A DNA stretch of 64,000 bases from an uncultured Fibrobacteria bacterium (GTDB taxonomy: Bacteria; Fibrobacterota; Fibrobacteria; UBA11236): positions 3,616,001-3,680,000 of the forward strand of contig OY970309.1 in assembly GCA_963716395.1 (NCBI GenBank), written 5' to 3'. The position numbers and the translations under genes were made by a program. Of the stretch, positions 9,719 through 19,143 are shown one piece after another. A model generated the notes under the pieces. It saw only the letters and a list, made by a program, of their open reading frames with translations. It was not told where the DNA came from and did not search any database. Within the stretch, counting starts at the first letter, position 1. Each line of letters starts with the position of its first letter.

Positions 9719-10530
9719 GGTTGTGATTCTCCGACCGAAGAGGGATGCACCGGCGTTACCGATTTGGCAAAGGCCGGATGCGCCGCTTCGGGAGCCAGCG
9801 GCAAATTGGCCTGCAACAGAGCCAGCGCGCTTTCCGGGTCATCGGCATAATGGAACAACCCGAAGTCTTCGGGCGCAATCATGCCATGGCGGGCCAGAGC
9901 TTCGAGGTTGAGAATCTCGCGCCAATAGGCCGAGCCGTAAAGCACGATGAAAATGCCGCGGTCGAGTTTGCGCGTCTGGGCCAAGGTCAGGATTTCGCAG
10001 AGCTCGTCCAGCGTGCCGAACCCTCCGGGGAAAACCACCATGGCCCGCGCCAGGTGGGCAAACCACAATTTGCGCATGAAGAAGTAATGGAATTCAAAAC
10101 CCAAGCGGGGCGTGATATAGGCGTTGGGTCTTTGCTCATGGGGTAATCCGATATTCAGCCCGATGCTGATACCGCCCGCGTCGGCGGCGCCGCGATTGGC
10201 GGCTTCCATGATACCGCCGCCGCCGCCGGTGCAGATGATGAAGCGCTGATCCGCAGCGTCCAATCCGCGCGACCAGTGCGTGACCCGGCGCGCCAGATCG
10301 CGGGCTTCGCGGTAGTAGCGCCCCATGGGCCCATCTTCGCGCAGACGCGCCGAGCCGAAAAAGACGATGGTGTCATGCACGCGCTGCCGATGGAATTCGG
10401 CCAACGGTTCCAGATACTCGGAGAGAATGCGAACCGGCCGGGCCTCGTCGCTATCGAGAAACTTGTCGTCTTTGTAGGCCAGGTTCCTGGCTGAAGGTTG
10501 CCGGGTAGACGACGGATCGCCGGAGGGCAT
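9715..10530 (-). CDS. LOG family (TIGR00730-like) nucleotide phosphoribohydrolase
   Basis: FFGSAR, TGGGGGIMEAANRGA, YFFMRK, FPGGFGTLDE. Confidence 0.88.
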   Translation of the reverse strand: MPSGDPSSTRQPSARNLAYKDDKFLDSDEARPVRILSEYLEPLAEFHRQRVHDTIVFFGSARLREDGPMGRYYREARDLARRVTHWSRGLDAADQRFIICTGGGGGIMEAANRGAADAGGISIGLNIGLPHEQRPNAYITPRLGFEFHYFFMRKLWFAHLARAMVVFPGGFGTLDELCEILTLAQTRKLDRGIFIVLYGSAYWREILNLEALARHGMIAPEDFGLFHYADDPESALALLQANLPLAPEAAHPAFAKSVTPVHPSSVGESQP

Positions 10531-10703
10531 CAGACCGCGACCGATACTTGCGGTTCCGAGGAAGGACGGCCTTCGGCGTTTTCGCCGCGTTTGGGTTTTC
10601 CGGCGCTCCCTTGCTCCCAAAGCTCGACCCCGGATAGGCAAGGCATTTCGGCCCATTCGGCCAAGCGTTCCCAATCGGTAATTTCATCCTGTCGCCCAAA
10701 CAT
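10530..10703 (-). CDS. Small hypothetical protein, 57 aa (MFGRQDEITDWERLAEWAEMPCL...)
   Basis: AGGAGG RBS 6 nt before ATG at 10703; its TGA overlaps the LOG ATG (TGATG); below ORF-track cutoff. Confidence 0.55.
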   Translation of the reverse strand: MFGRQDEITDWERLAEWAEMPCLSGVELWEQGSAGKPKRGENAEGRPSSEPQVSVAV

Positions 10704-10741
10704 GCCCCGCCTCCTGAGGTTTGATATGCTGAATTAGACGC

Positions 10742-10756
10742 GCAAACTTTATGCCA
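10742..10756 (-). promoter_or_regulatory. Sigma54 -24/-12 promoter
   Basis: TGGCAT-AAAGT-TTGC, near-consensus, ~40 nt upstream of the small ORF. Confidence 0.65.
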
Positions 10757-10933
10757 TGTTACCACATGGGAAAGCGTTTCCGCCGCAGACGAACCTGAAG
10801 TGGGAAAACAATGCACCGAACACATTATGGGGGGATGGATCTACCGGGTGAACGGAGCACGCGGTCAGGCATTCCTCGCGACCATGCGTATGTCGAATCG
10901 GCAACCGAATGACAGTTTGTCCACACGTTTGTC

Positions 10934-11938
10934 TCAACCTGGTAATTCCGACACGCCTCGCAAAAACTCCGCCGCGGCTTCGGGCAACACCGGATTGATG
11001 GCCATGCCGCTGCCCATCTCGAAGCCGGCCGGGGTGCTGAGCCGGGGAAGAATGTCGATATGCCAGCGGAAGTATTCCTCATTTTCGTCGCCGCGCGGGG
11101 CTGAAACCACGGTGAGGTTGAAATCGGGATCGTGTAAGCCGGCCTGCAATTTTCCCAACACGGTTTTCAGCAGGGCGGCCAAGTCGCGCAACTGTTCGGA
11201 ACTCGCCTGCACAAAGGAAGCCTGTTGCGCCTGGGGGAAAATCCGGATTTGATAGGGTTCATGGGAAGCATACGGCAGCACGGCGACAAAGGCGGCGGTC
11301 TCTGCGAGCACGCGGATTTGCGCGGCCATTTCTTCGGCCAACAGCACGCGGTGCAGGCATTTGAAGGAGCGGTCGAAATAATCGGTGGCGATGGAATGCT
11401 TGAGGCGCAGCAGCCGCGGAACCACGGGCGTAGCGATGATTTGCCAATGCGGATGCCGCAGCGAAGTTCCCGCGCCTTTGCCGTGGTTCTTGAAAACGAT
11501 CACGGCCCGCAATCCCTCGTTTTGCAACAGAATTTGATTGCGTCGTTGCAAGGTTTGCAGCAGCAGTTGCACCTGCTCCAAGGATTGCTGCGCCAGCAGG
11601 CGGCCATGGTCGGGAGATTCCACAATCACCTCATGCGCTCCGAAGCCTTCCATGTGCTGAAAATGCCGACCAACTTGAATCAAATCGCGCGTCGCATCGG
11701 GACGCAAGGCCGGGAATTTGTTTTCGATCACCCGCACGGCCCAATCCGATGCATCGCCGGGGGAAGGCACGCGTTCGATTTCTTCGCAGGACAGGTCTTC
11801 ATTTCCCGGGCAAAATGGGCAGCGCCCCGATTCCCCGGTAGGTTCCGAGGCGAAAGCCGGGTCATGGGGCCGCTGCAAGCGCTCGGGCGCAAAGATCACC
11901 CAATCATGGGTGGTCACGTCATAGCGAAGTTGGGACAT
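10934..11938 (-). CDS. galT: Galactose-1-phosphate uridylyltransferase family (HIT)
   Basis: CPFCPGNE, VIENKFPAL, GAHEVIVE, GAGTSLRHPHWQ, AGFEMGSG. Confidence 0.85.
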   Translation of the reverse strand: MSQLRYDVTTHDWVIFAPERLQRPHDPAFASEPTGESGRCPFCPGNEDLSCEEIERVPSPGDASDWAVRVIENKFPALRPDATRDLIQVGRHFQHMEGFGAHEVIVESPDHGRLLAQQSLEQVQLLLQTLQRRNQILLQNEGLRAVIVFKNHGKGAGTSLRHPHWQIIATPVVPRLLRLKHSIATDYFDRSFKCLHRVLLAEEMAAQIRVLAETAAFVAVLPYASHEPYQIRIFPQAQQASFVQASSEQLRDLAALLKTVLGKLQAGLHDPDFNLTVVSAPRGDENEEYFRWHIDILPRLSTPAGFEMGSGMAINPVLPEAAAEFLRGVSELPG

Positions 11939-12132
11939 CACACTCTCCCCCAAGGGTGGGTCGCAGCAACACCCGAATCCACCCGGGTTGAATTCGGACG
12001 CCGGAAATCCAGGAAATAGCAAAGCATTCCGCCCAAACCGATGTCGGTCGCCGCAATCTTAGCGCGGCGCTTGGCCAGGTCGTCATCGATCCTGTCGCGC
12101 CTTGCCGCGGGGACTTTCATTAGTTTAAGGCG

Positions 12133-13626
12133 GTGAATCCGCTCGTCTCCGATTTGCTGCAAACGGGTTTGTCTCTCGAAGAAACCCATGCCTCATGGGT
12201 CTTTCTCGGAACCAGCGAAGTGTGGAAAATCAAAAAGCCGGTGTCGCTGGGGTTTCTCGATTTCAGCACGCCCGATAAGCGGCGTGCAGCCTGTGAAGCC
12301 GAAATCGTACTGAACCGCAGATTTGCCCCGGCCGTCTATCTCGACGTAGTGCCCGTGACGGTGGAGTCGGGCCATTATCGTCTGGGCGGAAACGGAGCGC
12401 CGGTGGATTGGGCCGTGCACATGCGGCGTATGCCCGCAGGCGATCGGGCCGATCGCCGCCTGGAAACCGGCCGATTACTCCCGGTGCATTTGCAAGGCCT
12501 GGCCGAGCGTTTGGCCGAATTCCATGCGCACGCGCGCTGCGATGCTGAGACCGAAGCCTTTGGCGCACCGGCAGCGGTGGCCACCAATGCAACCGAAAAC
12601 TTCTCCGCCTTGCGCGCTTCGGGACTTCTGGATACCGATCCGGGACGATGGGTGGAAACCTGGCAAACGGATTTTGTGCGCACGCAGGCCGATCGCTTTC
12701 TGGGTCGAATGCAGGTGGGGAAAATCCGCGACGGACACGGCGATATCCGGTTACAGCAGGTTTATTTCGACGCGGAAGGCCGGGCCACCTTACTCGATTG
12801 CATCGAGTTTGGCGATCGCTTTCGCTTCGGCGACACGGCCGGCGACGTCGCCTTTCTGGCCATGGATTTGGAATTCCGGGGCCGCCGCGATTTAGCGGAA
12901 ATTTTTCTCACCGCCTATGCCCGCGCCGCCGGCGATTTCGATCTCTATGCCGTGGTTGATTTTTATGCCAGCTACCGGGCGGCGGTGCGCGCCAAGGTGG
13001 CCTGGCTGCGGCCAGATCCGGACGAAGCCCGCGCCTACCTGCACACGGCGCGCGACTGTACGCGACACCGGGATAGCCCGTTGCTGCTGGCCGTGGGCGG
13101 GGGCCTCGGGACCGGAAAAAGCACGCTGTCGAACCGGTTGGGTGAAATGAACGCTGTACCCGTCATCGACTCGGATCGCACCCGCAAGCAAATGCTGAGG
13201 CGGGCGCCGGCCAAGCTAGGCCAAGAGGCGCTTTGGTCCGGAGTATACGCCGAAGCGCAAACCGAACGCGTGTACGCCGAAGTGCTGCGACGCGCCGAGG
13301 TGGTGCTGCGTTCGGGACGCAGCCTGGTGGTCGACGCCTCCTTTCGGCGCCGCAGCCATCGCCTGGCAGCGCGCCAAACCGCGGCGCAGCGCGGCGCCCG
13401 CTTTTTGTTTCTGGAATGCCGCGCCGACCCGGAAGTGTGCCGCGCGCGTTTGCACCAACGCGCTTTGAGCCCGAACTGGAGCGACGGCCGCGCGGAAATC
13501 GCCGGGGAGTTTCTGGAAAAATGGGAAGCGGTGGAAGAATTGCCCGCCGATGAATACCGCGTACTGGATACTTCGGCGACCATCGATGTCGCGGAATTGA
13601 GTCGGACCTTAAACCTGCGTATGTAA
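12133..13626 (+). CDS. Bifunctional aminoglycoside-phosphotransferase-like / AAA (gluconate-kinase-like) protein
   Basis: ETHASWVFL, KIKKPV, DGHGD, DCIEF, P-loop GLGTGKST, SDRTRK. Confidence 0.85.
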   Translation: MNPLVSDLLQTGLSLEETHASWVFLGTSEVWKIKKPVSLGFLDFSTPDKRRAACEAEIVLNRRFAPAVYLDVVPVTVESGHYRLGGNGAPVDWAVHMRRMPAGDRADRRLETGRLLPVHLQGLAERLAEFHAHARCDAETEAFGAPAAVATNATENFSALRASGLLDTDPGRWVETWQTDFVRTQADRFLGRMQVGKIRDGHGDIRLQQVYFDAEGRATLLDCIEFGDRFRFGDTAGDVAFLAMDLEFRGRRDLAEIFLTAYARAAGDFDLYAVVDFYASYRAAVRAKVAWLRPDPDEARAYLHTARDCTRHRDSPLLLAVGGGLGTGKSTLSNRLGEMNAVPVIDSDRTRKQMLRRAPAKLGQEALWSGVYAEAQTERVYAEVLRRAEVVLRSGRSLVVDASFRRRSHRLAARQTAAQRGARFLFLECRADPEVCRARLHQRALSPNWSDGRAEIAGEFLEKWEAVEELPADEYRVLDTSATIDVAELSRTLNLRM

Positions 13627-13776
13627 CCGGAGAGGTACTCATTTTCTCCGGAAAAGCTTATCCGGGAAAAGCCATCGTCCTCACGGTGAAAACCAGAATT
13701 CTTTAGGGCTCAATCCCCCCCGAAGGCACCGATTTTGAAAATCCTGAAAAATTCCGGCCCTTCGAGGGGAGTTTGA

Positions 13777-13853
<77 letters not shown>

Positions 13854-14019
13854 ACGAGGAGAGAAAGGTAAACGATTGCGTAGGGTCTGGTCAACTACTA
13901 TCGCCAAACCCGATCCCTGACCCGAGGGACGGCGAGAGGCTGCGGCTTCGCTTGAAAACCGGTGGATCTTGCATACTGTTTGTATTAAGTTTTCCGCAAC
14001 CTTCGAAGGAGGTACAAAC

Positions 14020-14256
14020 ATGAAGGTTGCATCTAAACTGATCGTTCTTGCTTTTGCCGCTTGTTTACCGCTTCAAATCATCGCTGACGAAGCGACTTCG
14101 GCGCCCATGGATAGCGCCAAGACCGCACCCAAAGCGACGAAGAAGCATCACAAGAAGCACATGAAAAAGAAAAAGACCACGGAGGCCACCCCGGCTCCCG
14201 AATCCACTCCGCCTGCGGATGCGGCCCCTGCGGCCGACACCGGCATGGCGAAGTAA
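14020..14256 (+). CDS. Small secreted Lys/His/Ala/Pro-rich protein (Asr-like composition)
   Basis: AAGGAGG RBS, signal-peptide-like N-terminus, KKHHKKHMKKKK tract, followed by terminator. Confidence 0.7.
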   Translation: MKVASKLIVLAFAACLPLQIIADEATSAPMDSAKTAPKATKKHHKKHMKKKKTTEATPAPESTPPADAAPAADTGMAK

Positions 14257-14289
14257 TTCATTCGCCTTTTTGGTAATTCGGTAATTCGG

Positions 14290-14322
14290 AAAACCCGTCC
14301 GCCTTTGGCGGACGGGTTTTTT
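14290..14322. terminator. Bidirectional rho-independent terminator
   Basis: AAAACCCGTCCGCC-TTT-GGCGGACGGGTTTTTT between convergent genes. Confidence 0.85.
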
Positions 14323-14355
14323 ATTTATCCGGACGCGCCGGCAGTATCAGACAAG

Positions 14356-14661
14356 TTACCCAACCCAGCGGCCGAATTGCGCCTTGACCGCGGCCAGGGG
14401 CATGGCCCCGCTGACCCGATGCACTTCGCGGCCGCCTTGAAACAGGATCAAGGTCGGAATGCCGCTGATACCGAATTGCCCGGAGAGATCCGGATGGGCG
14501 TCGGTGTCGACCTTGACCACCACCGCCTTACCTTTCCACTCCTTGGCCAGGTCATGCAACACCGGAGCCATCATGCGGCATGGGCCGCACCATTCGGCCC
14601 AGAAATCGGCCAACACCGGTTTGTCGCTGTTCGCGATCAGATGCAAAAATTCACTGGACAC
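14356..14661 (-). CDS. trxA: Thioredoxin
   Basis: DFWAEWCGPC, IPTL; GTG start with GGAGG RBS. Confidence 0.92.
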   Translation of the reverse strand: MSSEFLHLIANSDKPVLADFWAEWCGPCRMMAPVLHDLAKEWKGKAVVVKVDTDAHPDLSGQFGISGIPTLILFQGGREVHRVSGAMPLAAVKAQFGRWVG

Positions 14662-14748
14662 GCAACACCTCCGTTTCGATTTGCAGCGTTGCCTGCGCCT
14701 TTTCGGCGTATTCGCGTCGCCATCTTCACGTTATCAAGGAAGCGAGTT

Positions 14749-15498
14749 TCATGCCGCGATATCGGGAGGCACCGCCGTCAAGGTTCCACCCAATTCCCGC
14801 ACTAAACCCCTGAACATTTCTTCCTCGGTAAAACGTTGGTAGAAGTCTTTCCGATTGATTCGGCTCCAGGCAAAAAATGAAATCAAGGCAAAAAAAGCCT
14901 CGGGAGATTGGGTCAAGCGGGATGCGGCCCGGCATAAAGCCTGGCTTACCGACATCGGCTTATCCAACATGCGCGTGAAAGGATGGTGCAGAGATTCGCA
15001 ATACGAAGGGTCGCTCGCGACCAGATGTTCGCGACAAGCCAGGGGCCGATGGGAATGAATGGAACAGGCCCGGTTTTCAAGAAACGGGCAATCCACTCCC
15101 ATGGAAAAATACAGTTCGGCCGAATGGAATGGGGAATCCAGTTCTCCGTGGGTTCGGCGCCAACGTATCCGGGCCTCGCGCAGACGGCGCACAACTCGCG
15201 CCCGTTGCGGAGGCGCCAGGTTTTCCAGGACGCCATGCAGATGCAGCGCTTCGGCCGCCGAAATCGGAACCGCTTGCCGGCAACATGCGGAGCAACCGCG
15301 GCGGCAGGCAATTTTTTCGCCGGTCTGCCGAATGCTCGCCTGCTGTAGTGCCGCCCCCTGCGTTTCGAGTTGACAGGCAAAAGCGACCATGCGACTCAAC
15401 GGTTGCGGCGAATCGGTCAAAACCAAAGTACCTTCCACCCGGCCATAGGTCGAAGGAACGGAATAACGAAACGAATGACTGTTTATTTTTTCTTGCAC
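14749..15498 (-). CDS. YkgJ family (CxxCxxCC) Cys-cluster protein
   Basis: CRRGCSACC, CPFL...CSIH..RP..CR. Confidence 0.8.
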   Translation of the reverse strand: MQEKINSHSFRYSVPSTYGRVEGTLVLTDSPQPLSRMVAFACQLETQGAALQQASIRQTGEKIACRRGCSACCRQAVPISAAEALHLHGVLENLAPPQRARVVRRLREARIRWRRTHGELDSPFHSAELYFSMGVDCPFLENRACSIHSHRPLACREHLVASDPSYCESLHHPFTRMLDKPMSVSQALCRAASRLTQSPEAFFALISFFAWSRINRKDFYQRFTEEEMFRGLVRELGGTLTAVPPDIAA

Positions 15499-15519
15499 CC
15501 TCAGCTAAGGTAGGTTGTC

Positions 15520-16284
15520 ATGCGCTCACTTTTGCTTCTCCTGGTGCTTTTGGGCCTGGGTTTTGCCGGCGAAACCACGGTGCGGAATATCGACTACCAG
15601 GCCGATGGTGCGGCCATGCAAGGTGTGGTCGTGGCTCCGTCCCAGGGCGGTAAACTTCCGGGCGTGCTTTTGTTTCCGGATTGGATGGGCGTTACGCCCG
15701 TGGCCATCGACTATGCCAAGCGCGTGGCAGGTTGGGGTTATGTCGTCTTCGTGGCCGACGTTTACGGGAAAAATGTCCGTCCCCATGACGCCGCAGAGGC
15801 GGGAAAAATTTCCGGCAGCCTGGAAGGCAATGTGCCCCTGCTGCGGAAGCGGGCCGAGTCGGCGTTGCAGATTCTGCGGGGAATCGGAGAAGTGGACACA
15901 GCGCGGCTGGGCGACATGGGTTTTTGCTTCGGCGCCGCCCCGGCACTGGAATTGGCGCGCGCCGGCGCCCCGCTGCGGGCCGTGGTGAGCATTCACGGCT
16001 ATGTCAAAACCCCTTTTCCTGGCGACACGAAAAACATCCGCGGCAAGGTGCTGATCCTGCACGGCGGCAATGACCCCTTCGTCACGCCGGATCAGGTGCA
16101 GACCTTCATGGATCAATTGCGCCAGGCCAAGGTGGATTGGGAGGCGGTGTTTTACGGCGGTGCCGTGCATGCTTTTACCAATCCCGAGGCGGGCGCCGAC
16201 CCCTCCAAAGGCGTCGCCTTCAATCCCGAAGCGGCCCGCCGTGCCTTTCAGAACTTGCAGAGTTTCTTCGCCGAAACGCTTTAA
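15520..16284 (+). CDS. Dienelactone hydrolase family protein, secreted
   Basis: Signal peptide, GFCFG nucleophile motif, HGGNDP, HAFTNP. Confidence 0.88.
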   Translation: MRSLLLLLVLLGLGFAGETTVRNIDYQADGAAMQGVVVAPSQGGKLPGVLLFPDWMGVTPVAIDYAKRVAGWGYVVFVADVYGKNVRPHDAAEAGKISGSLEGNVPLLRKRAESALQILRGIGEVDTARLGDMGFCFGAAPALELARAGAPLRAVVSIHGYVKTPFPGDTKNIRGKVLILHGGNDPFVTPDQVQTFMDQLRQAKVDWEAVFYGGAVHAFTNPEAGADPSKGVAFNPEAARRAFQNLQSFFAETL

Positions 16285-16413
16285 GCCCTGGTTTTGTTTG
16301 GGGTAAAAACGAATTACCCCTTACCCCCTTCGGCCGCAACGACGGCCCCCGGGGAAGACCGAATTGTTTGCCAGGTTGAATAATAAAGGCGCCCGGAAAT
16401 TATTAGGCGCGAC

Positions 16414-17949
16414 ATGGACAATCAACTGGCTGCCCAACTTCTATTCCAACACGGTTACGCCACCCAGGAACAGATTCTGGCCGTTTGGACCCAAGTCGGT
16501 CCCGCCCAAAACATCGCCGATGTCTTGTTTCAAGCCGGAACCATTCGCGAAGAAGTGCGCAATCAATTGGTGGCTTATTTGGGGTCCATCGCTTCGCCGT
16601 CGTCGCAAGATGCAGAGCCGCCGATGGACTCCATCGCTTCGCCTTCGGTCGACCATTCGCCCGGAGGTTCTTCCCGAGCGCCGGCTTCTTCCCCTTCTCC
16701 CGCGCCCGGTAAATATGACAGGACGCCCAATCCCGAAACCGAGCCCAGCCCGACCCGGTTGGCAACAAGCCGATCCGAAGCGCCGACCCGGCAAGCTCGC
16801 GCGTCGGCGGTTCAGCCCAAAATGGCTGCGGCTTCGACCGCGGAGCCGGCTGACAACGCGGCGCTCGCCTCCGCAGCCGACCTCGCGAATGAGTTACTGG
16901 AGCCGTGGCTGAAACAAGCGCGCCAACAGGGCGCCTCCGATCTCCACCTGTGCGCGGGCATGCCCGTGCATTGGCGCCGTCACGGCAAACTGGAAGCGGT
17001 GGGCGATCATCCGCTGCGCCGCGATGAATGTGAACAAGCGGTGCGCCAGGCTTTGGGCGACGAAGCCGCCGATGAGTTTTTTCGTCGCGGCGACGCCGAA
17101 GCCGTGCTCGAATGGCCCGAACTGGGGCGCATCCGACTGACGGCCGTGCAACAGCGCCTGGGTCCCGATCTCACCGCGCGCCTTCTGCCCTTGCGCATTC
17201 CCGGCTTCGATGAGCTGGGTTTACCGGAAACCTGCTTGGAGTTGACGCGTTGGGCGCAGGGGCTGGTGCTCATCACCGGTCCGGCCGGATGCGGCAAGTC
17301 GACGACCTTGGCGGCGCTGGTGAATCGCGTCAACCAAACCCGCCGCGATCACATTCTCACCATCGAAGATCCCATCGAAATCCTGTACCCGCCGGGCACC
17401 TGCCAGGTGACGCAGCGGCAGGTGGGCAAGCATACCAAGGACCGGGCCACGGCCCTGCGCGCGGCTCTGCGCGAAGATCCCGATATTTTGGTGATTTCGG
17501 AACTGCGCGATTTGGAAAGCATTCAATTGGCGGTTTCGGCTGCCGAAACCGGGCATCTGGTTTTCGGCGCTATGAACACCAACAACGCCACCCGCACCAT
17601 TTACCGGCTGGTCGACAGCTTTCCCCCCGAGGAGCAGCCCATTATCCGCAGCATGGTGAGCGAGTCGCTGCGCGGGGTTTTGTCGCAGCAACTGCTGCCC
17701 AAACGCGACGGGCAAGGCGTGGTGCCGGCCTTCGAAGTGCTGATGGTGAACTCGGCCGTGAGCAACCTTATCCGCAAAGACGAAACCCATCAGCTCGGGT
17801 CGGCTATGATCACCGGCAAATCCTCGGGCATGGTTCTGCTCGACGACTCGCTGCGCACTTTGGTCGAACACGGCGTCGTCGACCCCGAAGAGGCGCGCAA
17901 GCGCGCCGTGCAACCCAAGGACTTTGACCGCTATTTCCGCGGACGGTAA
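16414..17949 (+). CDS. pilT: PilT/PilU family type IV pilus ATPase with N-terminal extension
   Basis: ASDLHL, GPAGCGKSTT, TIEDPIE, ALREDPD, AAETGHLV, AVSNLIRK. Confidence 0.85.
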   Translation: MDNQLAAQLLFQHGYATQEQILAVWTQVGPAQNIADVLFQAGTIREEVRNQLVAYLGSIASPSSQDAEPPMDSIASPSVDHSPGGSSRAPASSPSPAPGKYDRTPNPETEPSPTRLATSRSEAPTRQARASAVQPKMAAASTAEPADNAALASAADLANELLEPWLKQARQQGASDLHLCAGMPVHWRRHGKLEAVGDHPLRRDECEQAVRQALGDEAADEFFRRGDAEAVLEWPELGRIRLTAVQQRLGPDLTARLLPLRIPGFDELGLPETCLELTRWAQGLVLITGPAGCGKSTTLAALVNRVNQTRRDHILTIEDPIEILYPPGTCQVTQRQVGKHTKDRATALRAALREDPDILVISELRDLESIQLAVSAAETGHLVFGAMNTNNATRTIYRLVDSFPPEEQPIIRSMVSESLRGVLSQQLLPKRDGQGVVPAFEVLMVNSAVSNLIRKDETHQLGSAMITGKSSGMVLLDDSLRTLVEHGVVDPEEARKRAVQPKDFDRYFRGR

Positions 17950-17952
17950 ACC

Positions 17953-19008
17953 ATGGCCCGCATCGACGCCCTGTTTCGCCAACTCATCGCCCACAAGGGT
18001 TCCGACCTGCATTTGGCCGAGAACCGCGTGCCGCGGGTGCGGATGCAGGGAGAACTGGAAGATCTGCCGGGAGCCTCCCCGCCGGACCGCGAAGAGTTGG
18101 AAGTGCTGCTTGAAGAAGCCGCGGGCGCGGAGCGATGGCGGCGTTTTCAGGACGCGGGCGATCTCGATTTCGCCTATAACCTCGCAGGCGAGGCGCGCTT
18201 CCGCGCCAATTACCTGCGCCAGTACCACGGCCTGGGCGCGGTGTTCCGCGTCATCCCCAGCCAGGTGCTGACCCTGGAAGAGTTGGACGCTCCGGCGGTG
18301 CTGAAAAGCTTCGGACAATTGCAATCGGGTCTGGTGGTGGTGACGGGGCCGACGGGCTCGGGCAAATCAACGACGCTGGCGGCCGTCATCGATCACATCA
18401 ATTCCACCTGCGCCAAAAAGATCATCACTATTGAAGAGCCGGTGGAGTTCGTGCACCAGAGCCGGCAATCGCTGGTGGTGCACCGCGAAGTCGGCACCGA
18501 CACCGCGTCGTTCATGACGGGATTGACCGGCGCCATCAAAAGCGACGTGAATATCATTCTGGTGGGCGAAATGCGCGACCGCGAAACGGTCGAGTTGGCC
18601 CTGACCGCGGCCGAGATGGGAATTCTGGTATTCGGCACTTTGCACACCAATTCGGCCTCCAAAACCGTCGACCGCATCATCGACGTGTTTCCCGCCAAAA
18701 AGAAAAACCAGATTCGCTCGCTGTTGGCCAATTCGCTCAAGGGGGTGGTGGCCCAGCAACTCGTGCGCAGCGCCGACGGCAGCCGCCGCTACGCGGTACA
18801 TGAGATTCTGTTGCATTGCCCGGCCTTGCCCGGCATCATCCGCGCGGGCGAAACCATGAAACTCAACTCGCTCATGCAAACCAACCGGCAATTGGGCATG
18901 ACCCTCATGGACGACAGCCTGATGGCCTTGTTACAAGAAGGTAAAGTCTCCGCGGAAGCCGCTTTTCAAAAAGCCCAGGACAAAAATCGATTTCGCGCTG
19001 CGGCGTGA
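17953..19008 (+). CDS. pilT: PilT family type IV pilus retraction ATPase
   Basis: GSDLHL, GPTGSGKSTT, TIEEPVE, LVGEMRD, GTLHT. Confidence 0.88.
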   Translation: MARIDALFRQLIAHKGSDLHLAENRVPRVRMQGELEDLPGASPPDREELEVLLEEAAGAERWRRFQDAGDLDFAYNLAGEARFRANYLRQYHGLGAVFRVIPSQVLTLEELDAPAVLKSFGQLQSGLVVVTGPTGSGKSTTLAAVIDHINSTCAKKIITIEEPVEFVHQSRQSLVVHREVGTDTASFMTGLTGAIKSDVNIILVGEMRDRETVELALTAAEMGILVFGTLHTNSASKTVDRIIDVFPAKKKNQIRSLLANSLKGVVAQQLVRSADGSRRYAVHEILLHCPALPGIIRAGETMKLNSLMQTNRQLGMTLMDDSLMALLQEGKVSAEAAFQKAQDKNRFRAAA

Positions 19009-19032
19009 TATACTAGTTTTTACCCCCCGATG

Positions 19033-19108
19033 GGGGTCATAGCTCAGCTGGTAGAGCGCTACAATGGCATTGTAGAGGTCAGGAGTTCGACTCTCCTTGG
19101 CTCCACCA
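19033..19108 (+). tRNA. tRNA-Ala (GGC)
   Basis: GGGGTCATAGCTCAG...CTACAATGGCATTGTAG...GTTCGA...GGCTCCACCA; G3:U70 identity pair, CCA encoded. Confidence 0.95.
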
Positions 19109-19143
19109 ATTCAAACCCAGGTTCCAACGGCGAAGGTTTCGCC

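Noticed and set aside
13627-13776. Imperfect inverted repeats downstream of tRNA-fMet as a possible att site or MITE
   Set aside because: No duplicated tRNA 3' end, integrase or target duplication seen; probably terminator-like hairpins
14252-14290. Short GTAATTC repeats
   Set aside because: Only three 7-mers with no spacers; not a CRISPR array or meaningful tandem repeat
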